This document shows positions 40,799 through 55,700 of a stretch of 64,000 nucleotides of DNA, one piece after another. Positions within the stretch are counted from its first letter, which is position 1. The number at the start of each line of letters is the position of its first letter. The notes below the pieces were generated by a model. It ran no database searches. It worked only from the letters and a program-made list of their open reading frames with translations, and had not been told where the DNA came from. A program made the translations under genes and the position numbers. Source of the DNA: Tubulanus polymorphus (lineage: Eukaryota > Animalia > Nemertea); contig NC_134025.1 of NCBI RefSeq assembly GCF_964204645.1, forward strand, positions 27,012,299-27,076,298. The letters run 5' to 3'.

Positions 40799-43700
40799 AT
40801 GGATCGTTGTGCGGTGGCCGCGAGTTTGCTCGCTTGCCTACTCTACATGAATACATTGACAGCGGATTTCGCTTACGATGATAGGTAAGTGTTTTATCCT
40901 TCACGATGCGGTTGAAATAAACGTTTTCAGTTCAGAATTTTAGAGTTTTCAAAGGAATTGCATGCCAGTTCTTGCATACGTACGCTGGGTGGAAGGAGTG
41001 TGTCGAGTATAGTGTCAATGCATTACACACACATTGACTAGCTCTTTAGTTTTCTGTTGTAAGCTTTAGACCAAGCGGGGAGTCTTTTCGTTCCTAGAAA
41101 TTTCTAATTCCTGAAATATACATTCACAGCCTTGAAATATTCAGAAATTCTCATAGATTGAATTCGTATACATAAAATTGCTTCACTCGGGTTTTCATAA
41201 AAGCAATGTGTAATCACAGAAACTTAGAATCACTTTATCTTAGAAACAACTCTCCGTTTTGGTCATCAGATTAATTTCAGATTTGTACCCGAATTTAGTC
41301 TAATGGGTAATGAATATTATTTCGCATAATCTACTTCACATATAAAGTCAACCCGATTGCAGATTTTCTGAAATAAGAACCGAACGGATTTGAGTCTTAA
41401 ACGTAGTCTTAAGAAATTCCAATTATAGAAATGGTCAAATTCGTGTTTTATTTTCAACCTTTTGTTCCTCGGGGGCGCCCATATACAGGTGGACTACACT
41501 ACAATATCTGCAGTCATATAGATCTAATGCTAGGGGGTTATTTACGTGGCTAATGGTCATTTGACCACTTCTTTTCTTACTTGATTGAACAGTTATAGAT
41601 CCTCGAGGTCCCAATAGCTATTCTATTTATCACTTTGATAAAAGAATGACACTTCGACTCTAATGGATGTTAGAGAGAGAGAGAGATGGAGCATCTTTAG
41701 AGACTGAAGAGATGTAAATATTTGCTTGTGTGTGGGTACCCGCTATCGTAATTGCGATGCTTGTAATGAGTAATAAAAAGCGCGTTCCGTTCAAAAAGCA
41801 AAATGCAGAATATTACTTTGTGATGCAACTTAGATCAAAGAGAAATCCATTAACAACTAAACAAATGTTATGTCATGGATCAAATCCGTTTAAACAGTCG
41901 TCTTAACTAAAATACTATTTTGTTGGTTTTTCAATTTCATCCTCGCAATGAGTATGGTCCTTTTCATAATTTACACTAATACCTTAGTCAAATCTATTTC
42001 ATACACAGCCAATATTGGACAAAAGCAAATATTCGTGTAAACAAAAATGGAAAGTACTCCATCGCGAGTCCATGTGATGTAGTGTTTAGAGAGTAATCAC
42101 CCTTGTTAGCACACTGGTCTACATCTCCTAGGTCTGAGTGGTTCAAAACATGAAATTTTCGGCTGTAGTACGCACTTGACTGGCTTTCCGAAGGTATCGA
42201 TCAATCTTTCTTCTATAGAATCAAAGACTAGGTAAATGTTTTCCTGTATATGGTCAATATAGACATATTAGAATGACAGATGGCGATTTCCAATCCTCTA
42301 TGTCTCTGTACAAGTTTACTATGCACTGGACAACCTGACTTTTAGAGCCATTCCATTTTTTCACGTATGAAATGTCCGACCTTTCAAAACCGATTAAAAC
42401 TATACCTTTTGTTCATAAGATATGATTGCCTTTTGCAGAATATGAAATGTTCAATATTTTTTCTTGCGAAAAAGAAATATTTGCGAATGTTATCAGACAG
42501 TCTGACAGCTTCTATTGTTTATTCATCAAAGCGACTTAAATCGTGGGGCGTGGAAATTGAATTTTTCTCCATTTGTTAAGAATTAGAAAAAAATACTATT
42601 GAACGATCTCTGGTAACTTGAGTAGGTCCTCAAAGTTCGGTATTATACAGCGCCTCATTCAGCTATTGTTCGACTATTGTTAATATTATATAATGCAACG
42701 AAATCCTGACTAATGTGTTTTTTATCGAGAGCAAAAATGAAGTTTTTACTCGTGATTATTGAAATAAGGGAATCCTTTGGGCGTCGATAATTCGAAGCTA
42801 TTAAGTTACAGGTTATTGACAGAAACATTTTATTCATAACTCTGATAATTTTTGTAAACTTGGAATCAAACAATCTTATGACAGAGAAAGCTTTGTATTT
42901 GCACTTACTGTCGCATTGGTGTGGTATTCCATAAAACCGAAGGTACTATTTCAAAGATCTTGCTTGATTTGGTAAAGTATCGATGACCCGATATGAACGC
43001 TGCTGACGGTGACAGATTTATTTGAAAAATCTTATAAATAATTCTTAAACCGGTACAAAATGCTTAGCAACTGTAATCTTCTGGGCAAATTATATCGTCC
43101 AGTCTGGTCAATTCAGTGCAATTGTCTATTATAAATGCCAATAGGACAAAGCCTTGGTTGATATATGGTTGCATTAAATGGCCATGCGGCATGGTTTTGA
43201 CTTTTGCAAGTAATAAACAAAAACCTTTGTCATTATCTCACCCTAAAGCTAATGATCCTTCATATATGGCTCAGTACAAGATAAAAACTTAGTATTAGCT
43301 TGAGTAATTCTGCGTGTCCACTTTAGTCAAAATTTATAGTTATGGTTTCTTTAATGGCATTTTAACCGTACATATATGCTAGGAACTTTGGAAACTTATA
43401 GCAATTCAAATAATTTCTGCCTTTGTTCGGACATACATACATACGTGTATAAGAAATATTTCAAGCAGCATATTGTGACCCTCTCCCATCCCGACCTTCC
43501 TATCTCATCCGTCACAATCACAATTGTCACTTTGACAGTTGATTAAAGTATGTGTGATGAACAATAAACAATCTTATTAATCATTTATAACCGAGTGTAT
43601 TGTATCTAATATATAAATCATATATTGATATAATGATAAGGAGTTTGGAAAATGAGTAATATTTATAAATTGTGACGGCACGCCGTGTTAGTAGTCAATA

Positions 43701-46700
43701 TCACAATCGTATACATACAATTCGTTTTTAACGAATTCGGATAAAACGATGTATTGATATTGATACAACAAAGACACAATTCTTTTCAAAATACGAATGT
43801 TTCATTTTTCTATTACTGCACTAAGAAATAGGTTGAAAGGGAAACAGATTTTCTTGTGCCTGAGGTTACTTCCTCTTCTATAGTCGGTGGTTGTATCCAG
43901 GTAACCCCATACACCGCTGAAAATGTTTAGGCATTTTTTCGACCGCTGTTTCAAAAGTAGAAATGTATAATTAATTTTCCTTTCCTTGGGGTATTCTTGT
44001 TATAAAAAGATGTTTGGATTATATCGGATATCGGCGAGACAGACACGGATAAGCATCGTTCTAATACATATAAACATGTTTCACCTATCTGCGCAGAAAT
44101 ACGCTTCGAAGACGGAAAAATATTTTTTATTCCCCCAGTGTTGATGATGTAAGTAGATTTCCATCCCTGTGGTATGCACCACGCGGCCCACTTTTAAAAA
44201 AGGAATGCTTTGCCATTTGCTCCGATATGCGAACCTTTCCGTGAATCTTTTTTTCACAAACAATCGAAAACTTCTAATTGTGCAACGCACTTCTCAGTCT
44301 GTATGGTACTTCATATACATTAGAGATGATAACAACAGGAAAACAACTGATGTAATCTATCATTTCTGTGAAATAGTAGTAGCCAAAGGTAACATAGGTC
44401 TCGCATAACATCGGGATCCCCTTTTAAAAACAGGTGGGACTGAAATATTGGAATGTTCATCATCGCCTGGAAAAGAGAGGATTAATATTACAATTTGCTT
44501 GAGTGAATGTTCGACAGGATTGTTTGTTTTACGTCATTCATAGATAGAAACAACGTAACACAATAGACTAAATATTCAGATTTTTTAAGCGGCGTTTCTT
44601 GATATTCTCTTTCAAGTAGCATCGGTAGTTGTTTCTCCTTTGTTACGATCATGGTTTTTCTTGAGTAGTGTGTCTACCACTTCATATTTGAATATGTTAG
44701 CTGCGTATCAAATTGCTCATGTTACAAGAACCGTCAAAAACTAACTACGACATCAAATAACCTCCACCAGCCGCTGATAAAATTCGGAGTTCAATATCGG
44801 GGTAGACGGGTGCAATTTCTGGTGATCAAGCCCTCACAAGAAATAAAGTTCATGACCGCTGTGTCAGGCGCAAAATGCTCATAAAATGGCTATAAAATCT
44901 ATTTCAATATAATTGAAAAGTCTACGATTGCTCGGTCTCCAAGTTTAATAAATAACGTAAAAACAAAGTAATAAAATTTATGTGATCTGTCGCGTATTAG
45001 TGGTGTGTGAAAGCCGGTTAAAAGTCACTATTTTTGATTATATTATTGCTATACATGTCAGTATATGTAAATCAAATGGTGATTTATTTCATTTAATTTA
45101 CGCATATCCTTTCGTATGCTTCCAGTACATATAAAGTGCATTACATCGATCTCTAAGGCATGGGCTATTTTACATTGATTGATTCCTCTGTCCAAAAATA
45201 CGATGGTTCGTTATATTGTCCAGTTAAGTGGTCACATTTAATCTACCAAATTCTAATTAAACACAGGAAAATTCCCCATATGTGTAAACAAGTTTTACCG
45301 TTCATTTTGTAGCCCATACAATATAAAGCCTTGATGAATTGACAAATTTTACATATGAAAGCGCGGTTTCCTAGTGGGCCGTATAATGGCATAAACATGC
45401 TGGGTGAAAATGGTAGCGTTGTGATATCATTCCACGCGATTTGACCCTGGATTCTTATAGTAAACTATTGTTCCATGACATGTGTCCATAGGAGTTATAC
45501 GTATAGAAATCGGTGTAGATTTTAGCTAAATGAACATTCACCTTAAACAAATTAAACCAGACTAGTCGTGTGGAGGAATAACATCGCGTTCGGTTAGGAC
45601 TTCCTATCTACCAGTAAAAATTCACATTCATTGGAATCTCTTATTCATCATATTCTCTGATTCTGATTTTTCCGTATTTTGTCCCTGGTATCAGACAAGA
45701 TATATAACTATATTGCATATTTCTGTCATGCGGCATTTTTCCGAAAGTTCCCGTATGGAGTAACTGTTCATTTTGATGTCGTGATTGTTGTTCGCTTTCG
45801 GCGCTTGATGACATTTCGCCATAACTAGTGATGAGTCTGATCTTCTAATAACAAGAGACTTGGGGTGTTTTAACACAATGGGCTTATTATGGGGAAAAAC
45901 TTTCTAACGTTTTCTATGGCAACGGGTCGCCGAAGAGATAGCGACTTACCTTATAATGTTCTGAGCTGTTAGCCATTTTTACTGAGTATCACGAGAGTTG
46001 TCATAGCAACCTAATTTGAAGCAAATTGACGAAAACAAGAACTTTGTCCAAAATGTCTCTATAATTGCCCAAAGTTGAAGCATGCATTTTTTACTCGCCT
46101 TTCCGGAAGACTTAACTTTATTGGAACGATACTGGCGTTTTTGCTTAAGAACGAAAGTTTCTTTGAAGACGTTTTCGACTTAGGTTTTAGTAAATAGAGC
46201 ACGTACTAGACAACGCTTGATCATTCTGTATTTTTGTCGCCAGAAAGCATTCTCGAAAGATCGTTGTTGTATCCTCTCTAGTTTGTTCGATGAGCAGCAT
46301 TTTCTTCCTCATTAATTTTATGTACGTGTTCAGAATTAGATCTCTTAGAGTTTCATTACACATCACTGATATCTGCGACCATCACCGACTGCTCGCGCGC
46401 TTTCCTCCCTCGATTGACACCAAGATTAAAAATATTTCATGCCCATTTATGATTTTCTTCTACCCTAAATCTAATGAACTCTTACTTAATCCTATTTCAC
46501 GTTTCCATCACCTGCCGTTTTCAATATATCATCGGTCCATTGGCTGACCCGTTGTCATGGAGATTTTATACGTTTCATCGACGATAGCGTTTCGATCATT
46601 GATACAAAAATCATTTTGTGAGATTGAATTTCTATTAAGATATAAAAAGCATTTTAAGCAATAAAACTTTATTGGGAAGATTATCGGGGCCTTGAAATAA

Positions 46701-49700
46701 AAACATTTATTGCTTGATATTATTGCCGATGAATATATATATATTATTTCATAGATGATGGGATCAATAAACTTAATTTGAACTTAAATATATTCATTTG
46801 AATTGACTCGCAACTAGTCTAACCCCAATATTGATGACGCAGTGCACATCCACTCACACAACATTCTAATTCATTATAAAAAATGCATACAACTTCATTA
46901 AATAGAAAGTTGAAGTTCAATCAATATCAAAATAATCGCCAATTCTCGTAATTAGTTATTTTGACACGCCAATATTGATGACGTGGTGCACATCTTTCAC
47001 ACTCCACCCCTTGAATAACGTACAGTAGTTTTCAACGTTTAAAAACATTTTTACGGCGTCAAAAAGATTACATAATAGCTCATGAGTTGACGTGAGAATT
47101 CCGCTGTCTTTGTTGATGTGGGCTAAATTTATCATTTTCGGCAGCTTTGCCTTGGGGAGATAATATTAATGGATCGATTATTATCTTAAGGTTCTGAAAT
47201 GTCTTGACTAGCTCTCAAGTGAATTATAGATTAGATTTTCAGGAGCTGGCGTTTTACGGAAATTGGGAGTAATCAAATACTCGTTATTCAGGACGTAGAA
47301 CCCTCGTGTTTTCGGGGATTTGATTCCAACGGGAATGAAATCTGCTTGAGACACTTTTTAGTCTTCATTCGTAGAACTAACACGATGAAACTCCGTTCTG
47401 CTTCTGAATAATTAGATAAGAACAAACGCGCTCGCGAAATCGGTGTTCTCGTGTTGTGTCTCTTAATTCGATGAACCAGTTTTTCCGATTTTGTAATTGT
47501 ACGGGTGTAGGCTACGAACCTAGCGGCTCTTCATGCTAAATCAATAATGAAAAACAGCTAACAAACCGAATTCCTTTCTTAAAACTTCCAACTAACTGAA
47601 ACTTCTAACTGCCTTAACTCTTTATAGCTCACTGGGTGCGTATTCAAAGTTCAATTATACTTTTAAGAATTGACCACCGAGTTCTCGGGATGATTTATAC
47701 GTAAATATGGCGCCAGGCCCTGCAAAACTTTGTGCAAGGAATGGTAAAGTCATTATCTTCCCATTTCTAACTCTATGATACATGCCTAGCTGTTGTATCC
47801 TCATAATTACTACCAACCATTTAAAAATAACTCGTTCTAAGTGTGAGAAGGCTTCTTACATATGCTTATTCAAGTGAAGGAATTCTAATGAATTTTTTAT
47901 CTGTTGTCTCTCGACCATTCACCCGATAAGTTATAGTTGCTGGGAAAAAATGATATTCGGTACGATTGGCTTTCCTTTTTCCTCCTTTTTCTTTTCGATA
48001 TCGATAGTTTCATCTGTCTGGAGATGATTGAATATTTTTATCATCGCGACTACTGATCAATCTGTGATTCATGACTCTGATATACCAGCAAATAGCATGA
48101 TAACAATTTACTTGATTGCTGCCGACAAATTTCTGCAAGTCAATTATCCATAAACAGCAACGTTTATTTGCCTAGATGCTGCTGGGTTCGATAATCATAT
48201 AAAAATTATTCCAGCTGCTTGTGTGTGCTGGGGGTTGGGGTGGGGGTGGGTGTGCCTACCGAACGATGAAATTAGGGGGACAGCAAACCACCAACTGTCT
48301 ATATCTTAATGACAGGCCATTATCTCATCATCTCATCATCATACTAGTGTTTCAATATGGAACACACGGTTTATCTGATAACACGCCATTTCTTCATGAC
48401 ATTGATATTTAGGGTGATATCTACGGTACATTTCAATTTATTATGTTCACAATCCAATCTGCGAAGTGTCATTTTCGATATGATATATTAGGTTTTTCAT
48501 AAATTCTACACCATTTCTTGTCACGCGATTCTTACATTTAAGCAGATATCTCCAACAAACAGAATTGCAGAAACTTAAAAAAGAATGATTTGCTGAATAA
48601 TTACAAGAGCTAGCAAATGGCTTTTATTACGAAATCCTGCTAGATATAAACCACCACAAATGTGCGAATGAAAACTTTTATACACAATGTTTTGATGGGA
48701 AATGCGAAGAGATTTCTTTTTGGATCTGATGTATGTGATCGTATAGTTTCTGCAAATCCAGAATACATACTGTGTGGAAATACTACTCGTGGCGGCGTTT
48801 CATTTCTGAAAATGATTGATGAAATATTATTTCGACCATCATCAAGAATGAATATGAACTGAACGAATTTCTAACAACGCTGACAGTATTTATAGAAAAT
48901 GCGTTTGATATACATTTTAACCATAAATGGTGTGTACATAGTCTTTGACGTAGTCACGATTCAAATTCTAATTGTTTGCCGTGAGTGACATAATTATTAA
49001 TAGATGGACGTATAATGTCTGTGACTAGAGCTATGAGTTGACGAGATCGGGTTTCGCCACTTATCTGATCTGCTATTATTTCTCAAACTGAAGCGAAGTT
49101 AATATTTCTCCGTACTTGGAAACCTGTTGACCCAGTCGGCTAGTATTTTGTATTTTAATCTTTCTTGTCTATTATATCGGGAGACATATTTTTAGTTTAG
49201 TTAAGCCACTTTATCTGAGTGCCACGCTTTAATGAAAAAGTGAATACCGCCCGTGTTGAATGCCGTATTCAATGAATTTTTGTTTTTTGGTCGTTCTGCG
49301 AAAATTGTGACCCAATTATTCAACACAGCTCACTCGCAAACATTTCAAAAGTCACGATTCTCATGAGAAGATATAAAGATAAAGTCAAAAATTTAAAGAT
49401 CTAAGATTAATGAAGTCTTTTCTTGAAATTGTCTGCATATATTTTTAATACATGCCACCCAGAAGCCCGATTTATTATATACATGTATAGATAAATGCTC
49501 ATATATTGTCTGCTAATTGCCGAATGCCAACATGAAATGGGACTTATTGGCATATTCTTGTCATTTGATCCATGGAAAATATTTGATCAAACAATCTTCA
49601 CGTCATCTTTAATTTCCTCTTTTGTACTTTCGCTTTTGCAGATTATTGCGGTAAACAACTAATTGTTTTATTTAAAAATCGTCATATTTGGCTTGAAGAT

Positions 49701-52700
49701 CTTATTACTGAATCGAACCAGAGCGATATCCTTAAGTTAGAAGCGATTGAGCGAACAAGCATTTTTTGCAGTCTAGTCTTTTTAATGATAATAAGAAGTC
49801 AAATGTTAGAAGTTAGATGGCTGATCACATGCAGATAGCTATCAAATATTATGATATCTTTTCTTTAATCACTAAATCGTAACAGCAGGCAAACTGGTGT
49901 CTGAACTGAATAAAACGTTGTCTATCCTTATGGCGTCTTACTCAAACGAAAACAATGATTCAATGGCGTCCTATACAGGTTTCGCAACAAAACGCGATTG
50001 TCTGTTTTTTGTGTGTATTGTTCAATAGTAAATTATACACATGTACCACCATTAAAAATAACCGGTAATGACATGTCGATCAAGAACGATTTTTCGTCAT
50101 CGAGGTGACAAATTCGTCTAATGTAAAATAACTAGTTCTACAGCACAGTTCTCAGTTTCGATTTGACTCTAGAGCAGAAATTCTGAAAATGAACTAATTT
50201 CTACTCAATATCCACCAATCTATAACCAATATCTGGGTCCTGGAAGCAACCGTTATGAAAAATGTTTTGTATATATATGCCGCCTCTATTTAAATGTTTT
50301 GCCACCATATAATAATATCACTCTTCACTTGTACATGAAATCGTCAATTTATAATCAATATATAATTCTACACAAAGGATATATGTATGTATTTGGATTT
50401 ATATTTAGTTTTACCGATGTAATGGTATATTCTGTTAACTATATTGTCAACGCGACTACATTGTCTGTCTGTACCATGATCAATGGTTTTCCCGTAGTGC
50501 AGTAACAGTGCTTACTGCCGTGCTGGTATAGAATGTGTATAAGGTTGAGACTGATCACTTTTGATCATCCTCGCAGTACCACCGTGGAGACTCAATTTAC
50601 CTGACAATATCATCAATCATCAGCTAGAATTAAGCTTCGAGCACGGCATGTTCTCAAGTTTTATTATGAATTATGTATCTAGGTTGCGATCTTAGATGGG
50701 ATTTCAAAGTGTGAAGGGACCCGTACGGACATTTATTACAGTGATTCGAATAGCCACTTTTTAATCTAGCTATTGTTTAATCAAAAGGAATTTACCGAGT
50801 TCCAATTCCAGCTAGAGACTGCACTATACGCCGTTAGTATGCAACTATAGAAATTGTCAAATTATCTTGCACACGATTTACTCCATTCACAGAAAAAAGA
50901 CCGAGAATTTAATGTCTTTGATGTTTTCCTCAGACAATTTTCAACCTCTATTGTGGCTCATTAAGTGTCATTTTGAAGGAACAGAACACAATAAAATACG
51001 TTTATTACTGTAATTTCCTGACGATAAAATTGTGCTCTGTTGGGAACCTGCATGCAAGCGTCTTTACTTGTTCAGAATTCAGACCAATGCACAAAAATGT
51101 TTTTCTGCGAGGAAATTTTTCGAGCAGAAAATTCAATTCCCTTCGATAATAAGCGAATGTATTTATATGTAATTGGATGATGAATTACAAGCAGGTGTTA
51201 CCAGTGATGCATTTTCTATTTCTATTTATCAAAATTCTTCGTCTTAAGATTAATAAACCTAAAGAACTTCAACTACAGAATGCCAGAAGGCGAGTGCCAT
51301 ATATGGAAAATGTACGTCCGAAATGGCACTATTCTTCAACCATATTCTGGCATTAGGCCCCAGAGGATTAAAGATTCTAATATGCCACCACTTTCAAACC
51401 TAATGATATTTAGAAATTTGATTGAACTCTTTATGATAAATTTCTGTATCTCATCACGTATTTTCTTTCTATTTTTATAGTCGAGCAATATTAAAGAACC
51501 AAGACTTGCTGCCAGAGACAGCCATCACCAGTATATTCTACAATGATTTTTGGGGTACACCATTGACCCACAGCGGATCTCACAAATCATATCGCCCACT
51601 ATGTGTGCTGACATTTCGACTGAACTATTACCTACATGGACTCAATGCTATGGGATTCCATCTCGGTAATGTCATCCTACATAGCATCGTTACTGGTCTC
51701 TTCACTTACGTAGCCAAAATTTTAATGAGACGAACATTTGCTAGTTTCGTAGCCGGGTTACTATTTGCCGTGCATCCGATTCATACAGAAGCCGTAGCTG
51801 GAATCGTCGGTCGGGCAGATATTGGTGCTTGTTTATTTTTTCTGTTGACGCTGCTAAATTACATCAACTACTGCAACTACAGAGACAGATACATCCTCAA
51901 CAAATCAACTGTTAAAACGACAGAAAAAGATAATTCGTATTTTCGCGAGAGACATAAGAAATGGTTGTACATGTTGCTTGTCGCTGTGTTCACCGGGGCT
52001 GGTATGGTAACTAAAGAACAAGGGGTGACTGTCATCGCTGTATGTGCTGTCTACGATGTCTTTATCCATAGAAAAATATCTCCAAAACAGTTTCATCATA
52101 TTTTTACCAAGGTAAGATACGTTTATATATCGCCCTTCAGGGTGCAGTACCACAGTGGGGTGAATTCGACCGGAGAGCACATTTTCAAATATCGCACTCC
52201 GTGAAATTGGGTGGATGCGTACTGGTCAATTTTTCGTGACTTTTGCTAAATGGTTTCCCGGCAACGTTCTTCGAAAATCAGATACAAATCGATATAACGA
52301 TACTGAAATAGCAGGGATGAGGTCTCGGCTTAAACCTGTAACTCATTTTCTATCAACCCCTCGTGTTTGCTTCGGAAAAAAGTGACATAAAACCGCAGGC
52401 TTGTGAAGGCTTAGATAGTGCCTGACGGCTTTGTTAGTCATCCATAACAGGAAATTGATATCAGTCAAGATGTTTTTCAAACTACTCTCGACCAAATAAG
52501 GCCAGCATCATTAGCTTCTTTGTTGTAGGTGGTGGCAATTTAATCCAATGAATTTCAGTCTTCAATGATATGAGTTAACGTATGATCCTTTTTTCAAGGT
52601 CGAAATGGTACAAAATTAGACATCAATAGGCTTCAAATGTTGAAATCTCCATGTTGGATAAATTATGAATATGCGACTGAGTGTATATATGGTTAGGGTG

Positions 52701-55700
52701 TAAACCCTGCAGGTGAAACGTGGCATTAATGCGCACTGCTTAATATACATACTATTAATCGTGTTTAGTTATAATATTAAGCAGATGGTTCTTCTATTGT
52801 GTACTTTGCATGAAGCGAATTTTGCTTCTAGCAAGAGAACTGTAACATTATATTGCTTAATTTTTTCAAGTACACATACTTGAAAGAAATGCTGCACACA
52901 GCTGGGTATTATTTCTACATAAAAGCATTTAGAATATTTTTGGAGCATGTAATTAGTCACACTTAAAATAACTTCTCGTGTTTAGTTTTAGTGAATCGTC
53001 CCAAAGAGATATCGTTAGTCCGCGCCTGGGGTAAGGGGGATATGCATTATCTCAGTACAAATAGTAAGTTGGTAAACATTTCATATACTGCGAAACGTAC
53101 TTCAGGGGGTAAAATAGACACAACCGTCACAGTGAGAACCCTGTGGAAGAAACACGTTTTTTATGTGGTTTATCTCCCTCATTTTATTGGAAATTATGAA
53201 GCTTACCAAACCCCCTACTGAACGAATACACGCTCAAGGTTGTTTGTTTTCATATCTAATCATTTTTCCATCGTTCATTGTGTTTCGGTGATGCTTAGCG
53301 TGGTATAATTCTCGTACGAAATAACACTTTATTCAAAAAAATCTATCCACGCTATTGTCTAACAAAATTTAACGGGACCAAAACTTGCACAGAAGCGCAC
53401 TTGAATATTGAATATTTCATTGTAATGAAATACACATCATGTATGGAAAACCTTTCAGGGCTATGTCTCTTGGCATAGAGTGAGAACCTAGCTAAATAAA
53501 CCTACAAATACATACTCAACAACAGTTTTTTAAAACAGCTGTCACCGGCGCCAAAGATCTGCTCTTGTTTATAGATTCGATCTTAAAAAATTAATTCAAT
53601 GCATAGGTAGACACATGCACGATTGAAATTCAAGTTTAACTACAGACCATCTTATGCTAGACATATCGCAGTTGAATACATCTGTTATATATACTAGCCC
53701 ATTGAATTTCATTACCGTCAGTTAAATTATACTTCATCAATACCCCGCCCTCCACTCATTAAAGTGTGATTGAAAGCTGTTTTATTATTTCATAACTGAT
53801 TTGTACTGTCACTCCCCGAGCTGCATTCATTATAGTATGATACATACAATGTAGAACATACAGTATATTATCGTTGATATGTCAGACTAATATCCTCATT
53901 ACAATTATCGTCCTATAAGTTATGCGATAATACCGCTCAAAATTATTCGATATTGAATGATTTCATCTAAATGTATACTGCCTACATTTCTATAAAGGGC
54001 AAATAAGATATGATTTGCTCATTTTTCGAGCTGAGTGCTAAGACAATCTTCATGAGTTATTGGGGAAAATGTGTAAAAAGATGTTTTACGTATCGGATCA
54101 TTCATACTCTGACACAGAACTGTATTTGTTGTATTAGTCACATTACTTATGAATCAAGGGTCATTAATTTCGTGCCTGTCTGGGCTAATATTTGCAGTGC
54201 TTTGTTGTGTAATTAACTGTTACTGGATTGTGAGGATAATTTCAGGATGGAATTCCTGATTTCCGATGATAAGCATATATTTGTTGGTGACACAGAAAAT
54301 GTGTTCATATATCAGATAACGAATGCAAAATTTCGTTGAAGTGACGTGAAATATTCCAATCCGGTAAAGTTTAAACACCTCGCTATTAGTTTTGACGTGG
54401 GCTGTAATTTCTATCAGATTGTCGGTGACACGAAATTACTGCGCGAACTATTTCCTGTATAATAGAGACCCACAATTATTGGAGAATTGTTTTCCACGTA
54501 TTACTAATGATTGTGCACCATATTTGTAATTATTTGTGTGCAAGTTATTCATATTAGCGTGTCTCGTTTTATTGCTTTTTCTTTCGCAGGAAAGTCTTAC
54601 CCAGTTTCTGTATACATGAAGCCAGAGCTTCTTTGCTATGGATTTATTCAGATTATCATTAAAATGCGAACAGGTTTTTGTCATATTATATTCAGTGACA
54701 TGAAAGACTTGGATTTTAGTCGAATATCTAGAACACCAATTCTCCAGGGAATTGTTGGGATCAAGAAACCTGCCAAAGCATTGATCTTCATCTTTACATC
54801 TTTTGCCAATTTGTATTTCGAGCGGTTCTTAGAAGATTTTTCTCGACATTTGGTTTCACCATTTCATTTATTACATCATTTTATGTGCACATGTGAGACG
54901 TCATCAATCTAGTCATCGGATATTTCGCGTTGAACGATCATGTACCGCGCACCCTTGGGCCGTTTTTCTTTCAAGTTGGATTACGGATTTGATGGACTTG
55001 CAATTTGCAATTATTGGGGGGGGGGATCTTTTTATTCAAATCATTTATTTCTTAAAACATTGAACTCTATACTAATGAAGTGATCAGGGAGGGGAATTTT
55101 TAAAAAATTGCTTTATTTTGGAGGTTGGATAATGATACCCGTATATTGTCTATTGGCTCCACACATAACTGACGCCGCCATTTTTGCAAGTCACGTTATT
55201 TACTGAACGAACCAGACAAATATATCCATTAGAACACCTGTCCACCGCGATTTTTCTGTATGTAATGTGATGTAAGATGATGTGGCAGTGGAAACAGCTA
55301 TAAATGTTTATTTCCATATTTATGTATAAAAATAAAGGACGCCGGGAAAAAATGAAAAACGAAATTTTCTTATACCTAGAAATCGGAAAATTCGTCGGTG
55401 GACCCGTAATCCGAGTATTAAAAAAGACTGCCCGAGGCAGACATTTTTATTTGACCATTCAATCAACCTTAGCACTTGACATCTCGTTTCATTTCACCAG
55501 CGAAGTTTACCAAATCATAAATCATTAGGCTTAATTGCTTGAGTAAATTCTCGAGAGCAAATTCAACTGATAAATCTGTTTATTCAGTAGCAGATCAGTT
55601 ATCGCTTTTTAATATCGCGTGAATGTTTATACCACGCGCGGAGAAGATGCCGCTTGTCAAATATTCTCTTCTATCATTCAAATCTAGAAATATCAACAGT

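Noticed and set aside
44185-44442. Weak inverted pair cccacttttaaaaaagg / ccttttaaaaacaggtggg
   Set aside because: Low-complexity match with no TSD; could be chance.
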